Assembly (NCBI GenBank): GCA_947465215.1
Contig: CANHZX010000001.1
Coordinates: 1,718-65,717 of the forward strand
Direction of reading: 5' to 3'
DNA length: 64,000 nt
From: Betaproteobacteria bacterium
GTDB taxonomy: Bacteria > Pseudomonadota > Gammaproteobacteria > Burkholderiales > SG8-41
Shown: positions 48,014 through 57,345 of the stretch, one piece after another
Numbering within the stretch: the stretch's first letter is position 1
How the letters are laid out: each line of letters opens with the position of its first letter
Program-made: the position numbers and the translations under genes
The notes under the pieces: model-generated
The model's database searches: none
Told to the model about the DNA's origin: nothing
Seen by the model: the letters and a program-made list of their open reading frames with translations, nothing else

Positions 48014-49105
48014 CTACTTGCCGGGCTCGGTAAACAGAAACTCGCTGAGCGAACGCTCCGCCACACGGTGCCAGAGCAATTGGTCCTGGCGGAATTTCTT
48101 CCATGAGTCGTAGATCTTCTTCCACGCAGGATTCTTGCCGGCTTCTTCTTCATAAAGATCAAAAGCCACCTTGTGCGCCGCCTTCAGGATTTCCGGGCTG
48201 TAGGCGTGCAGCTTGACGCCGTTTTTGACCAAACGCTGCAGTGCCGGCGGATTCTTGAAATCGTACTCGGCCATCATGTCGAGGTTCGCCTCGTAACACG
48301 CCGCTTCCAGCGCCGCCTGGTATTCCTTCGGCAGCTTCTCCCATTCTTTCATGTTCACATACATCGAATACATCGAACACGCTTCCCACCAGCCGGGGTA
48401 GTAATAGTTCGGTGCGATTTTGTAGAAGCCGAGTTTTTCATCGTCATACGGCCCGACCCACTCCGCCGCATCGATGGTGCCACGCTCCAGAGCCGGATAG
48501 ATATCGCCGCCGGCAATCTGCTGTGGCACTGCGCCTAGCCGCGACATCACTTCACCACCAAGACCGGCAATACGCATCTTCAGGCCCTTCAGATCGGCAA
48601 CCGTACGTACTGGCTTACGAAACCAGCCGCCCATCTGCGTCCCGGTGTTGCCGGCAGGAAAGGAAATCATGTTGAAGTCCTTCAGAAATTCACGGACCAG
48701 CTGCAGGCCGCCACCCCAGTACATCCAGGCGTTTTGCTGTCGCTGGTTCATGCCGAACGGTACCGTCGTATCGAAAGCAAACGTCTTGTTTTTACCGACA
48801 AAGTAATAACCCGCGGTATGCGTACACTCCACGGTGCCCTGTTGCACGGCATCCACCGTGCCGAATGCAGGAACGATCTCGCCTGCGCCGAATACACGAA
48901 TCTGGAACTTGCCGCCGGTGATGGCCGCCACACGCTTGGCAATGACTTCACCGCCGCCGTAAATCGTATCCAGGCTCTTTGGAAAGCTAGAAGCGCAACG
49001 CCAGCGAACTTCCGGCAAACCCTGCGTCTGTGCAATAGATGGTGCAGCGACGGCAGCCGCTGCTGCGCCCGCACCGGCACGCGTCAAAAATTTTCTTCGA
49101 TCCAT
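48014..49105 (-). CDS. TRAP transporter substrate-binding protein (DctP family) with twin-arginine signal
   Basis: MDRRKFLTRAGAGAAAAAVAAPSIAQ Tat-type signal. 363 aa of DctP-like sequence. Confidence 0.8.
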   Translation of the reverse strand: MDRRKFLTRAGAGAAAAAVAAPSIAQTQGLPEVRWRCASSFPKSLDTIYGGGEVIAKRVAAITGGKFQIRVFGAGEIVPAFGTVDAVQQGTVECTHTAGYYFVGKNKTFAFDTTVPFGMNQRQQNAWMYWGGGLQLVREFLKDFNMISFPAGNTGTQMGGWFRKPVRTVADLKGLKMRIAGLGGEVMSRLGAVPQQIAGGDIYPALERGTIDAAEWVGPYDDEKLGFYKIAPNYYYPGWWEACSMYSMYVNMKEWEKLPKEYQAALEAACYEANLDMMAEYDFKNPPALQRLVKNGVKLHAYSPEILKAAHKVAFDLYEEEAGKNPAWKKIYDSWKKFRQDQLLWHRVAERSLSEFLFTEPGK

Positions 49106-49127
49106 GACGAACTCCCCTTGTTGACAT

Positions 49128-49183
49128 CAAAAAAAAACTGCGAATCCCGGCGGCAATTGATAGCCACTGCCGGGATCTGCACT
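49128..49183 (-). terminator. terminator after cynS
   Basis: Minus strand reads TGCAgATCCCGGC...GCCGGGATtCGCA followed by gttttttttt. Confidence 0.55.
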
Positions 49184-49214
49184 GCTTGAATGGGACAGAA
49201 AACTGCTCCTGAGA

Positions 49215-49715
49215 TCAGTATGTTTTATAAGAAAGGTACTTGCCGCTCATCACGATCTTCACGCGGTCACCATTGGGATCGGGTTCACGCTTCATGTCCA
49301 TCTTGAAGTCGATCGCACTCATGATGCCGTCGCCGAACTCTTCATGGATCAGCTCCTTGAAAGTCGTGCCGTAAACGCTGACCAGCTCATAAAAGCGGTA
49401 GATCAGCGGATCGGTCGGCACTGCTGTCGGCAGCGAACCCTTGTACGGCACCTGCTGCAGCAACAGGACGGCATACGGCGGTAGCCCCAGCAACTTGCCG
49501 GCGGCCTCGGCCTGCGCCTTGGTCATCTGCATCTGGCCGAGCAATGCGGCGGTCGTCCATTCCTTGCTGGCCCCGACAGCTTTGGCGATCTTCGCCCACG
49601 ACAGCCCCTTCTTCAGCCGTGATTCGACGACCATTTCAGTGACATCGGTGCGCTTCATCGGTTTGGAAAAACTGGCGGCAGCCAGCGACGCCCCGGTTGT
49701 CTTGCTTTTTTTCAC
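49215..49715 (-). CDS. cynS: cyanase (cyanate hydratase)
   Basis: LSWAKIAKAVG..EWTTAALLGQ and the C-terminal ...GDGIMSAIDF...KIVMSGKYL.YK. GTG start at 49715, 6 nt after AGGAG. Confidence 0.9.
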   Translation of the reverse strand: MKKSKTTGASLAAASFSKPMKRTDVTEMVVESRLKKGLSWAKIAKAVGASKEWTTAALLGQMQMTKAQAEAAGKLLGLPPYAVLLLQQVPYKGSLPTAVPTDPLIYRFYELVSVYGTTFKELIHEEFGDGIMSAIDFKMDMKREPDPNGDRVKIVMSGKYLSYKTY

Positions 49716-49757
49716 TGGATTCTCCTTTGTGTTGAATGTGTTGAATAAATAATTTGT

Positions 49758-50678
49758 TCAGCGCACAACCGTCAGCGGCGCACCGCTAACCACCTGCGGC
49801 TTGACCGAATCGACCGCAGGCGCCTCATTGGGATCAAGCCCCGGCGTCACCAGCGGCGGGTTGCGCGGGTCATAATCGCCTGCCGAACTTGAAAACATCT
49901 TGGAGCGGTCGACCAGAAAATCGATCAGGTGGTTGCGAATACGGTAGTAATGCGGATGCTTGTGTAAATCATGACGGGTGCGGCTGCGCGGCATGGTGTT
50001 GACCACAATCTCTGCGATCTTGGCCCGCGGGCCGTTGGTCATCAGAATGATCTTGTCGGCGAGCAGGATCGCCTCATCGACGTCATGCGTGATCATGAAC
50101 ACCGTCTGTTTGGTTTCTGCGCAGATGCGCAGCACCTCTTCCTGCAGCACGCCGCGCGTCAGCGCATCCAGCGCGGAGAACGGCTCGTCCATCAGCAGCA
50201 TCTTGGGCTGAATTGAAAGAGCACGGGCGATGCCAACGCGCTGCTTCATGCCGCCGGACAGTTCCGCAGGGCGTTTTTTTTCGGCGCCGGTCAGGTTCAC
50301 CAGGTCGATGTATTTCTGGCAGTGCTCGCGCACCTTTTCGTCATTCCATTCCGGCCAGCGCGACGACACGGCGAAGGCAATATTGCCCATCACCGTCAGC
50401 CACGGCATCAGTGCATGGCTCTGGAAAATCACTGCGCGGTCCAGACTGGGTCCGCTGACTTCGCGGCCGCCGACAAACACATAACCTTCAGACGATTGCT
50501 CAAGGCCTGACAACACATTGAGGATGGTGGTTTTGCCGCAACCGGAATGCCCGATCAGGCAGACAAACTCACCGGGCTCGATGCCGAAGTGCAGGTTCTC
50601 GAAAACCGTGGTGATGACGCCATCACGGCCGGTGAACTTCTTGGCAATGCCTTCGATACGGATCAGGGGATCGCTCAT
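49758..50678 (-). CDS. ABC transporter ATP-binding protein (nitrate/cyanate/bicarbonate NrtD/CynD type)
   Basis: Walker A GHSGCGKTT, LSGGMKQR, LLMDEPFSALD. Confidence 0.85.
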   Translation of the reverse strand: MSDPLIRIEGIAKKFTGRDGVITTVFENLHFGIEPGEFVCLIGHSGCGKTTILNVLSGLEQSSEGYVFVGGREVSGPSLDRAVIFQSHALMPWLTVMGNIAFAVSSRWPEWNDEKVREHCQKYIDLVNLTGAEKKRPAELSGGMKQRVGIARALSIQPKMLLMDEPFSALDALTRGVLQEEVLRICAETKQTVFMITHDVDEAILLADKIILMTNGPRAKIAEIVVNTMPRSRTRHDLHKHPHYYRIRNHLIDFLVDRSKMFSSSAGDYDPRNPPLVTPGLDPNEAPAVDSVKPQVVSGAPLTVVR

Positions 50679-50693
50679 TATTTTCTCCTGCCG

Positions 50694-51536
50694 TTATTCG
50701 GGAAAGGTGACCAGTTTGGTCAGCTTCGCCATCATCAGATCCAGCAACATGCCCACCATCCCGATCGCCAGAATGGCAGTGATGATGTTGGTGATCGACA
50801 GGTTGTTCCATTCATTCCAGACGAAATAGCCGATACCGGTGCCGCCGACCAGCATCTCTGCCGCCACAATCACCAGCCAGGCGATGCTGATGGAAATACG
50901 CATGCCGGTCATGATGGTGGGCGCTGCAGCCGGCAGAATTACGCGAAACGCCGTGCGCAGATTGCCGACCTCCAGGGTTCGGGCCACGTTCAGCCATTCC
51001 TTGCGCACGCTGGACACGCCGAAGGCGGTGTTTATCAGCATCGGCCACAACGAACAGATGAAAATCACGAAAATCGCCGAGATCGAACTGTCCTTCAGCG
51101 TAAACAGCGCCAGCGGCATCCATGCCAGCGGCGAGATCGGCTTCAGCACCTGGATATAGGGATCCAGCGCCCGGTACACAGTCGGTGACATGCCGATCAG
51201 GAATCCCACCGGGATCGCCACCAGCGCGGCCAGAAGATAGCCGAGCATGACGCGGCCAATCGAAAAGGCCAGCTGAATACCGATGCCCTTGTCGTTCGGT
51301 CCGCGGTCATAAAATGGCTCGCGCAGGTGCTCCATGATTTTCCTGCCGACATCGGACGGCGACGGAAACGCCGACTTTTGCCCGGTAGCCGCTGCGGTGC
51401 CGACCAGCGCCGCGTATTCGGATTCCGCGGTAACTGGCATGACCTTGGGCAGGGTCAAGGCATGCCAGATACCGATCATCAGCAGAAACACCAACAGTGA
51501 CAGCGCAGGCGCGCGCCAGCTCAACAGTGTCTTCAT
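50694..51536 (-). CDS. ABC transporter permease (NrtB/CynB type)
   Basis: Polytopic BPD_transp_1-type permease lying between the binding-protein and ATPase genes. Confidence 0.85.
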   Translation of the reverse strand: MKTLLSWRAPALSLLVFLLMIGIWHALTLPKVMPVTAESEYAALVGTAAATGQKSAFPSPSDVGRKIMEHLREPFYDRGPNDKGIGIQLAFSIGRVMLGYLLAALVAIPVGFLIGMSPTVYRALDPYIQVLKPISPLAWMPLALFTLKDSSISAIFVIFICSLWPMLINTAFGVSSVRKEWLNVARTLEVGNLRTAFRVILPAAAPTIMTGMRISISIAWLVIVAAEMLVGGTGIGYFVWNEWNNLSITNIITAILAIGMVGMLLDLMMAKLTKLVTFPE

Positions 51537-51568
51537 CAGTTCCCCCTCAACGTCCGGCGTTCAGCCTG

Positions 51569-52936
51569 TTACGTTCTCTTGATCGCAAAGCTGTCGATAT
51601 AGGCGTCGGGTTTTGCCGGATCGAATTCCTTGCCCATCACCGAGAATTTCTTGCTGGCGGTGGCCGGCGGTTTCATGCCGACTTCCTTCATCAGCTTCGC
51701 GGCGTCGGTGGCGAGGAATACTTCGCGGGCAACCTTGGCATAGTCGACATCACCCTTGATCTGACCCCAGCGTTTCATCTGGCTCATGATCCAGATCGCA
51801 AACGAATGCCACGGGAAGGGATCGAAGTCGATCCGGTTGGCGTCTTTCTTGACGTTGCCCAAACCGTCGGCATATGTGCCCGTCAGCACCTGCTCGATCA
51901 CCGTCACCGGCTGGTTCAGGTAATTGGCTGGTGCAATCGCTTCGGCGATCTGCTTGCGGTTTTCGGGTTTTGCAGCGAACGCTGTCGCCTCCATGATCGC
52001 CTTCAGCAGCGCGCGGTAGGTATTCGGCATCTTGGTGACGAATTCCTTGCTCGCCGCGAATGCGCAGCAGGGGTGTCCCGGCCACAGGTCCTTGGTCAGC
52101 GTGTGAATGAAACCGACACCGTCGTACACCGCGCGCTGGTTCACCGGATCCGGCGCGAGGAAGCCGTCGATATTGTCGGCGCGCAGGTTGGCTACCATCT
52201 CGGGTGGGGGTACCGAACGGATTTGCACATCCTTGTCTGGATCCAGACCGTGCTCTGCCAGGTAATAACGCAGCAGGTAGTTGTGCATTGAATAATCAAA
52301 GGGCACGGCAAACTTGAAGCCTTTCCACGACTTCGGATCGCGCTTGTCCTTGTGTTTGATCGAAAGCGTGATCGCCTGACCGTTGATGTTTTCGATCGCA
52401 GGAACCGTATAGGGGATCGGGCTCGAACCCACGCCCAGCGAAATCGCGATCGGCATCGGCGACAGCATGTGCGCAGCGTCGTATTCCTTGTTCAGCGTCT
52501 TGTCGCGAATCACCGCCCAGCCTGCGGTTTTGACGACATCGACGTTCAGGCCCTGGCGACCATAGAAACCCATCGGCTGCGACATGATGATCGGGGTGGC
52601 GCAGGTGATGGGAATGAAGCCGACCTTGATCGACGATTTTTCCAGCGGGCCGGACTGTGCGAAAACCTCTTTCGCCATACCCAGCGGAAACAGCGAAGAA
52701 ATCGCAGCCATCGCAGTGCTCGCACCGACCGCATTCAGGAAACGGCGACGCTCGGCATCGTGCGGGAACATCGCGCGCATCACGGCAGCCTCAACCACGC
52801 GGTTGCCCAGTGCTTCGCTATCGCTGGTTTGCAAGGCCAGATCGGCCTGATGTTCGACTTCGCTGTGATGGTGACCGCAGGAACAACCGCGGGTCAGTGA
52901 CGTTCCCGCGTCGAAGGGATCCTTGAATGCTGACAT
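51569..52936 (-). CDS. CmpA/NrtA-family ABC substrate-binding protein (cyanate/nitrate/bicarbonate type) with long N-terminal region before a Tat motif
   Basis: 455 aa. ERRRFLNAVGASTAMAAI twin-arginine motif at about residue 62. First gene of the transporter-cynS string. Confidence 0.8.
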   Translation of the reverse strand: MSAFKDPFDAGTSLTRGCSCGHHHSEVEHQADLALQTSDSEALGNRVVEAAVMRAMFPHDAERRRFLNAVGASTAMAAISSLFPLGMAKEVFAQSGPLEKSSIKVGFIPITCATPIIMSQPMGFYGRQGLNVDVVKTAGWAVIRDKTLNKEYDAAHMLSPMPIAISLGVGSSPIPYTVPAIENINGQAITLSIKHKDKRDPKSWKGFKFAVPFDYSMHNYLLRYYLAEHGLDPDKDVQIRSVPPPEMVANLRADNIDGFLAPDPVNQRAVYDGVGFIHTLTKDLWPGHPCCAFAASKEFVTKMPNTYRALLKAIMEATAFAAKPENRKQIAEAIAPANYLNQPVTVIEQVLTGTYADGLGNVKKDANRIDFDPFPWHSFAIWIMSQMKRWGQIKGDVDYAKVAREVFLATDAAKLMKEVGMKPPATASKKFSVMGKEFDPAKPDAYIDSFAIKRT

Positions 52937-52976
52937 GCTGTGCTCCTTGAAGAGTTTGTTTTGCTGTCAGCCTTAT

Positions 52977-52992
52977 TGCAGCAAGCGTGCCA
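52977..52992 (-). promoter_or_regulatory. sigma-54 (RpoN) promoter candidate
   Basis: Minus strand reads TGGCACGCTTGCTGCA, against the consensus TGGCAC-N5-TTGCA. The GG and GC are correctly spaced. It lies about 40 nt upstream of the ATG at 52936, which has an AAGGAG RBS. Confidence 0.5.
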
Positions 52993-53099
52993 GCTAATTG
53001 ACGCTACCGAAGCACTGATGCAAGCCGTTGTTTGGAAATGATTAATTTGAGCGTCTAAGGAAAAAAATGACTGCACGGGCAACCCTGACGCGACAGGAT

Positions 53100-53115
53100 G
53101 GTGCGCACGCGCACC
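53100..53115. promoter_or_regulatory. palindrome GGTGCGC-AC-GCGCACC, candidate enhancer-binding-protein site
   Basis: Perfect 7-bp inverted repeat about 110 bp upstream of the sigma-54 element. Further GCAC/GTGC half-site-like motifs lie in 53070..53160. Confidence 0.3.
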
Positions 53116-53186
53116 GAATTCGGGCGTAATGCACCGCGTTGACGCGCCAGCACTGTGCCGGCGCAGACACACGCTAAAATCGACCC

Positions 53187-54638
53187 ATGTCCGTCACCCT
53201 GCCCCTCCGCATCAGCGCCCTGTTATGCACGCTCTCGCTGGCCAATTGCGCGCTCAACCCCGTCTCGGGCAATCCGAATTTCGTGACCATGTCGGAGTCG
53301 CAGGAAGTCAGTGTCGGCCGCAGCGAAGACAAGAAGGTGCGGGAGCAATATGGCATCTATAACGACCCCGCTCTTCAGGAATATGTAAGCGGCATCGGCC
53401 AGCGCCTGGCCAAGTCTGGCCACCGACCCGGACTGCAATATCAGTTCACCGTTGTCGATTCGCCTGAGATCAATGCTTTTGCACTGCCCGGCGGCTATAT
53501 CTATGTCACCCGCGGCATCCTCGCCTATCTGAACTCCGAAGCTGAGCTGGCCGCTGTACTGGGTCATGAGATCGGCCATGTCACGGCCCGACACTCGGTG
53601 CAGCAAATGTCTGCCGCGACTGCAGCCAATGTAGGCGCCTCGGTGCTGCAGATCATGGTGCCGCAGGTACGCAACTCGGCCGGCGACCTGCTGATCAACA
53701 CCCTCGGCGGCGCACTGCTATCGGGTTACGGCCGTGAACATGAACTGGAGGCCGACCGCCTAGGCGCCGAATATCTCGCACGTACCGACTATGATCCGCA
53801 GGCGATGATCAAGGTCGTCGGCGTGCTGAAAAATCAGGAACTGTTCGACAACGAAGTGGCCAAGGCCGAAGGTCGCGAGCCGCGCCGCTACCACGGCCTG
53901 TTCGCCACCCATCCTGATAACGACACGCGATTGCAGGAAGTCGTGCGCGAAGCTGCCAAATTCCACAGCCCCGAAAACCGCATCAACCGCGAAGAATTTC
54001 TGAAGCGCATGGAGCGCGTAATATTCGCCGACAGTCCCGAGCAGGGCATCGTGCGCAACAATGCCTTCTATCACGCCGGCCTCGGCCTGGCCCTTCAGTT
54101 TCCTGCCGGATGGAAAGTCAGCAACAGTCCGCAAAACGTCACTGCCTTCAACAACGAACGCACCGCGCTGGTCGATATGCGCAGCGCCGGCGCCGCTGAA
54201 GGCTCACCTGGCGAAGTGCTACGCAGAATTCTCAAGCTGGGCAACGGCAGCAGTGTGACGCCAACCACCATCGGCGGATTCAAGGCCGCCTTCACCGAAC
54301 AGGCGATCTCCGGAAAACCGACCCGGGTCGCAGTGATCTTTCACGGCAAAAGTGCATACGCCATCGCCCTGCAAGCCAATACCGATGCTGTCTACCGGCA
54401 GAACCTGCCCGCGATGGAAGCCGCGATGCAGAGCTTCCATGCCATCACCGACAAGGAGCGCGAACTGGCAAAGCCGCTGCGCATCCGCGTCATCACTGCA
54501 CGCGCGGGACTGACTTTTGCCGAACTGGCGAAAACCTCTCCGCTGGGCCGCTTTGCCGAAGGTCACCTGCGGGTCATCAACGGCCTGTATCCGGCAGGGG
54601 AACCGGCTGCAGGGCAGACACTGAAAATCATCGAGTAA
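53187..54638 (+). CDS. M48 family metallopeptidase, lipoprotein
   Basis: HEIGHV zinc motif. Lipobox SLANC. Confidence 0.85.
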   Translation: MSVTLPLRISALLCTLSLANCALNPVSGNPNFVTMSESQEVSVGRSEDKKVREQYGIYNDPALQEYVSGIGQRLAKSGHRPGLQYQFTVVDSPEINAFALPGGYIYVTRGILAYLNSEAELAAVLGHEIGHVTARHSVQQMSAATAANVGASVLQIMVPQVRNSAGDLLINTLGGALLSGYGREHELEADRLGAEYLARTDYDPQAMIKVVGVLKNQELFDNEVAKAEGREPRRYHGLFATHPDNDTRLQEVVREAAKFHSPENRINREEFLKRMERVIFADSPEQGIVRNNAFYHAGLGLALQFPAGWKVSNSPQNVTAFNNERTALVDMRSAGAAEGSPGEVLRRILKLGNGSSVTPTTIGGFKAAFTEQAISGKPTRVAVIFHGKSAYAIALQANTDAVYRQNLPAMEAAMQSFHAITDKERELAKPLRIRVITARAGLTFAELAKTSPLGRFAEGHLRVINGLYPAGEPAAGQTLKIIE

Positions 54639-54704
54639 AGCGCTGCGCCGGATACGCCGCGAGTGCGATAATCGGCCGCCATCACAAGAACAAGGGTTTC
54701 CAAC

Positions 54705-56324
54705 TTGCCCCTCGGACTGCGCCCACTGCTGATCCTCATCCTTTGCCTGGCCTGGCTGCTGCCCGGCCTGGTCGGCCACGACCCGTGGAAACCCGACGAG
54801 GCCTACACTTTCGGCGTGGTCTATGAAATTCTTCAGGGCGGCAGCTGGATCATCCCGCAGATCGCCGGCGAAGCCTTCGTCGACAAGCCGCCGCTGTTCC
54901 ACCTGACTGCCGCTTTCAGCGCGATGTTTTTTTCGCCTTTCCTGCCCCTGCACGACGGCGCCCGGCTGGCTGCCGGCCTGTGGATCAGTTTGACGCTGCT
55001 GTTTACCGCACTGGCGGCCCGTGAACTGCACGGCCCGCGCCACGGACTGATCGGCGCGCTGCTGCTGCTCGGCTCTCTGGGTCTGGTGGTGCGCAGCCAC
55101 CAGTTGATCACAGACGTCGCCGCGCTCGCCGGTTTTGCCATGGCCTACTATGGTGCCGCGCTGGCGCTGCGCAAGTCGGGTCCCGGCGGATTGTGGATCG
55201 GCACCGCCTGCGGCATTGTCTTCATGACCCAGGGCATACCCGAGGCAGCCATGGTCGCGGCCATCGCCCTACTGCTGCCGCTGGCCGGTAAACACTGGCG
55301 CACGCCGCGTTATGCCGCTGCGCTGATCGTTGCAGCGGTTGCCGCACTGCCCTGGCTGGTGATCTGGCCGGCGCTGTTTTACCAGCGCGATCCGGCGCTG
55401 TTTGATGCATGGCTCACCGCAGAAAATCTGGCGCGCTTTTTCGGCGCACGCAATCCGGCGGCGGGACTCGCTTATTACCTGCGCATCCTGCCGTGGTACG
55501 CCTTTCCGGTATGGCCGCTGGCGCTGTGGGCGCTATGGCGCGCGCGACGTCAGCAGGTGTTGTCCGCACCACCGGTAACACTGTCAGCACTTGGCCTCGG
55601 CGTGACACTGCTGATGCTGGGCTTTGCTGCCGAATCGCGGGAACTGTATGCGCTGCCGATGCTGCTGCCGCTGACGCTGATGGCTGTCCCCGGTGTTGAT
55701 GCCCTGCGCCGCGGCGCCGCCAACGGCTGGTACTGGTTCAGCATGATGGCTTTCACTTTTTTTATCCTCATCGGCTGGTTCTACTGGGGCGCGCTCGAAC
55801 TCGGCGTGCCGGCGAAACTGCACGGCCACCTGCACACCATACGACCCGGCTACGATTTCGGTTTCCGCTGGCTACCTTTTGTGCTCGGCCTGGCCTATAG
55901 CGCCGGTTGGTTTGCGCTGCTGGCCAGACTTAAACGCGGGCCGGAGCGCCCGCTCATCGTCTGGGTCGGCGGCCTCACCGCGGTGTGGGCGCTGATGGCA
56001 ACACTGTTCATTGGGTGGGTTGATACACAGAAAAGCTACCGCTCGATGATTGCCGACATGAACCGCGCCATGCCGGAGCAGCACCGCTGCATGGCCAGTC
56101 GCGATGTCGGCGAAGCGCAGCGCGCAATGCTGCATTATTTCGCCGGCATCCGTACCCTGCGCGTTGAAACCAAACCCAAGGCTTTTGCCTGTGACCTGCT
56201 GCTGGTGCAGGGCCGCCCTCTCGACGAGCAGATGATGACGGCCGACTGGAAAAAAATCTGGGAAGGTCACCGCCCCGGAGACAAGGAGGAACGTTTCCGG
56301 CTCTATCAGCGCAGCAGCCGCTGA
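54705..56324 (+). CDS. glycosyltransferase family 39 (ArnT/PMT-like) membrane protein
   Basis: Polytopic. First periplasmic loop reads HDPWKPDEAYTFG (DE motif). TTG start at 54705. Confidence 0.75.
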   Translation: MPLGLRPLLILILCLAWLLPGLVGHDPWKPDEAYTFGVVYEILQGGSWIIPQIAGEAFVDKPPLFHLTAAFSAMFFSPFLPLHDGARLAAGLWISLTLLFTALAARELHGPRHGLIGALLLLGSLGLVVRSHQLITDVAALAGFAMAYYGAALALRKSGPGGLWIGTACGIVFMTQGIPEAAMVAAIALLLPLAGKHWRTPRYAAALIVAAVAALPWLVIWPALFYQRDPALFDAWLTAENLARFFGARNPAAGLAYYLRILPWYAFPVWPLALWALWRARRQQVLSAPPVTLSALGLGVTLLMLGFAAESRELYALPMLLPLTLMAVPGVDALRRGAANGWYWFSMMAFTFFILIGWFYWGALELGVPAKLHGHLHTIRPGYDFGFRWLPFVLGLAYSAGWFALLARLKRGPERPLIVWVGGLTAVWALMATLFIGWVDTQKSYRSMIADMNRAMPEQHRCMASRDVGEAQRAMLHYFAGIRTLRVETKPKAFACDLLLVQGRPLDEQMMTADWKKIWEGHRPGDKEERFRLYQRSSR

Positions 56325-56369
56325 ACCCGCGCCGCATCTGCGGCGGCGACAAATCTATAATGGCAACCC

Positions 56370-57239
56370 ATGTCTGATTCCCTGCAGCGCTTCATCTTTG
56401 AGCACGCTCCCATCCGCGGCGAACTGGTACAGCTCGCTGCAACCTGGCAGGCCGTCACCGAACGCCACGACTACCCCGCGCCGCTGCGTCAGGTCCTTGG
56501 CGAACTGATGGCCGCAGGTGCGCTACTGGCGGCTACGCTGAAATTCGAAGGCACGATGATCCTGCAACTGCATGGCAGTGGTCCGGTCAAACTGATCGTG
56601 GTCGAATGCAGCTCAGGGCATGCGATGCGCGCGACCGCAAAATGGGAAGGCGATATCCCGGAAGGCAATCTGCGCACGCTGCTCGGCAGCGGACGCTTCG
56701 CGATCAGCCTGGTGCCGGAGTCGGGACAGCAAAGTTACCAGGGCGTTGTCGACCTCAATGCCGACAGTATCGCTGCCGCACTGGAACATTACATGGCGAC
56801 ATCCGAACAGATTGACACACGGATCTGGCTCGCCTGCGACGAGCAGCGCAGCGCAGGTCTGTTGCTGCAGAAACTGCCCGAGCGTGAATCCGCGGATGCA
56901 GATGCATGGCCGCGCGCCGAACATTTGGCCTCAACCGTAAAATCCGAAGAGCTGCTCGGCCTTGAACCGCGACAACTGCTGCATCGCCTGTTTCACGAAG
57001 AAGACCTGCGCGTGTTCGAGCCGCGCCCGGTTTTTTTCCGCTGCTCCTGCTCACGCGACCGCGTCGTCGGCATGCTGCGCATGCTCGGACGTGATGAGGT
57101 GCGCAGCGTGATCGCCGAACTAGGCGAAGTCGAAGTGCACTGCGAATTCTGCAACCGCCGTTATGCGTTTGACGCTGTCGACAGCGAAGTCATTTTCGCC
57201 GCAGACATTGCCGCAGCGGCCGCAAGCACGCGACATTAA
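56370..57239 (+). CDS. hslO: Hsp33 redox-regulated chaperone
   Basis: FRCSCSRDR...CEFCNRRY C-terminal zinc centre. 289 aa. Confidence 0.9.
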   Translation: MSDSLQRFIFEHAPIRGELVQLAATWQAVTERHDYPAPLRQVLGELMAAGALLAATLKFEGTMILQLHGSGPVKLIVVECSSGHAMRATAKWEGDIPEGNLRTLLGSGRFAISLVPESGQQSYQGVVDLNADSIAAALEHYMATSEQIDTRIWLACDEQRSAGLLLQKLPERESADADAWPRAEHLASTVKSEELLGLEPRQLLHRLFHEEDLRVFEPRPVFFRCSCSRDRVVGMLRMLGRDEVRSVIAELGEVEVHCEFCNRRYAFDAVDSEVIFAADIAAAAASTRH

Positions 57240-57345
57240 CCGCGTTTGCTGCGCGGCAGCAGCCGGCGTAAACTCTGAATTGTTCTGCAGCCCCGCCCGG
57301 GGCTCCAATAATATTGTTTAAAATCAATTAATTACGGAGATCTCC

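Noticed and set aside
49656-49658. An internal ATG (M20) as the cynS start, which would give a 147-aa protein.
   Set aside because: No SD precedes it, whereas the GTG at 49715 lies 6 nt after AGGAG. I kept the longer form, but the start remains uncertain.
54219-55100. 293-aa minus-strand ORF.
   Set aside because: It is antisense to the M48 and GT39 genes and has a Gln/Arg/Gly-rich low-complexity sequence.
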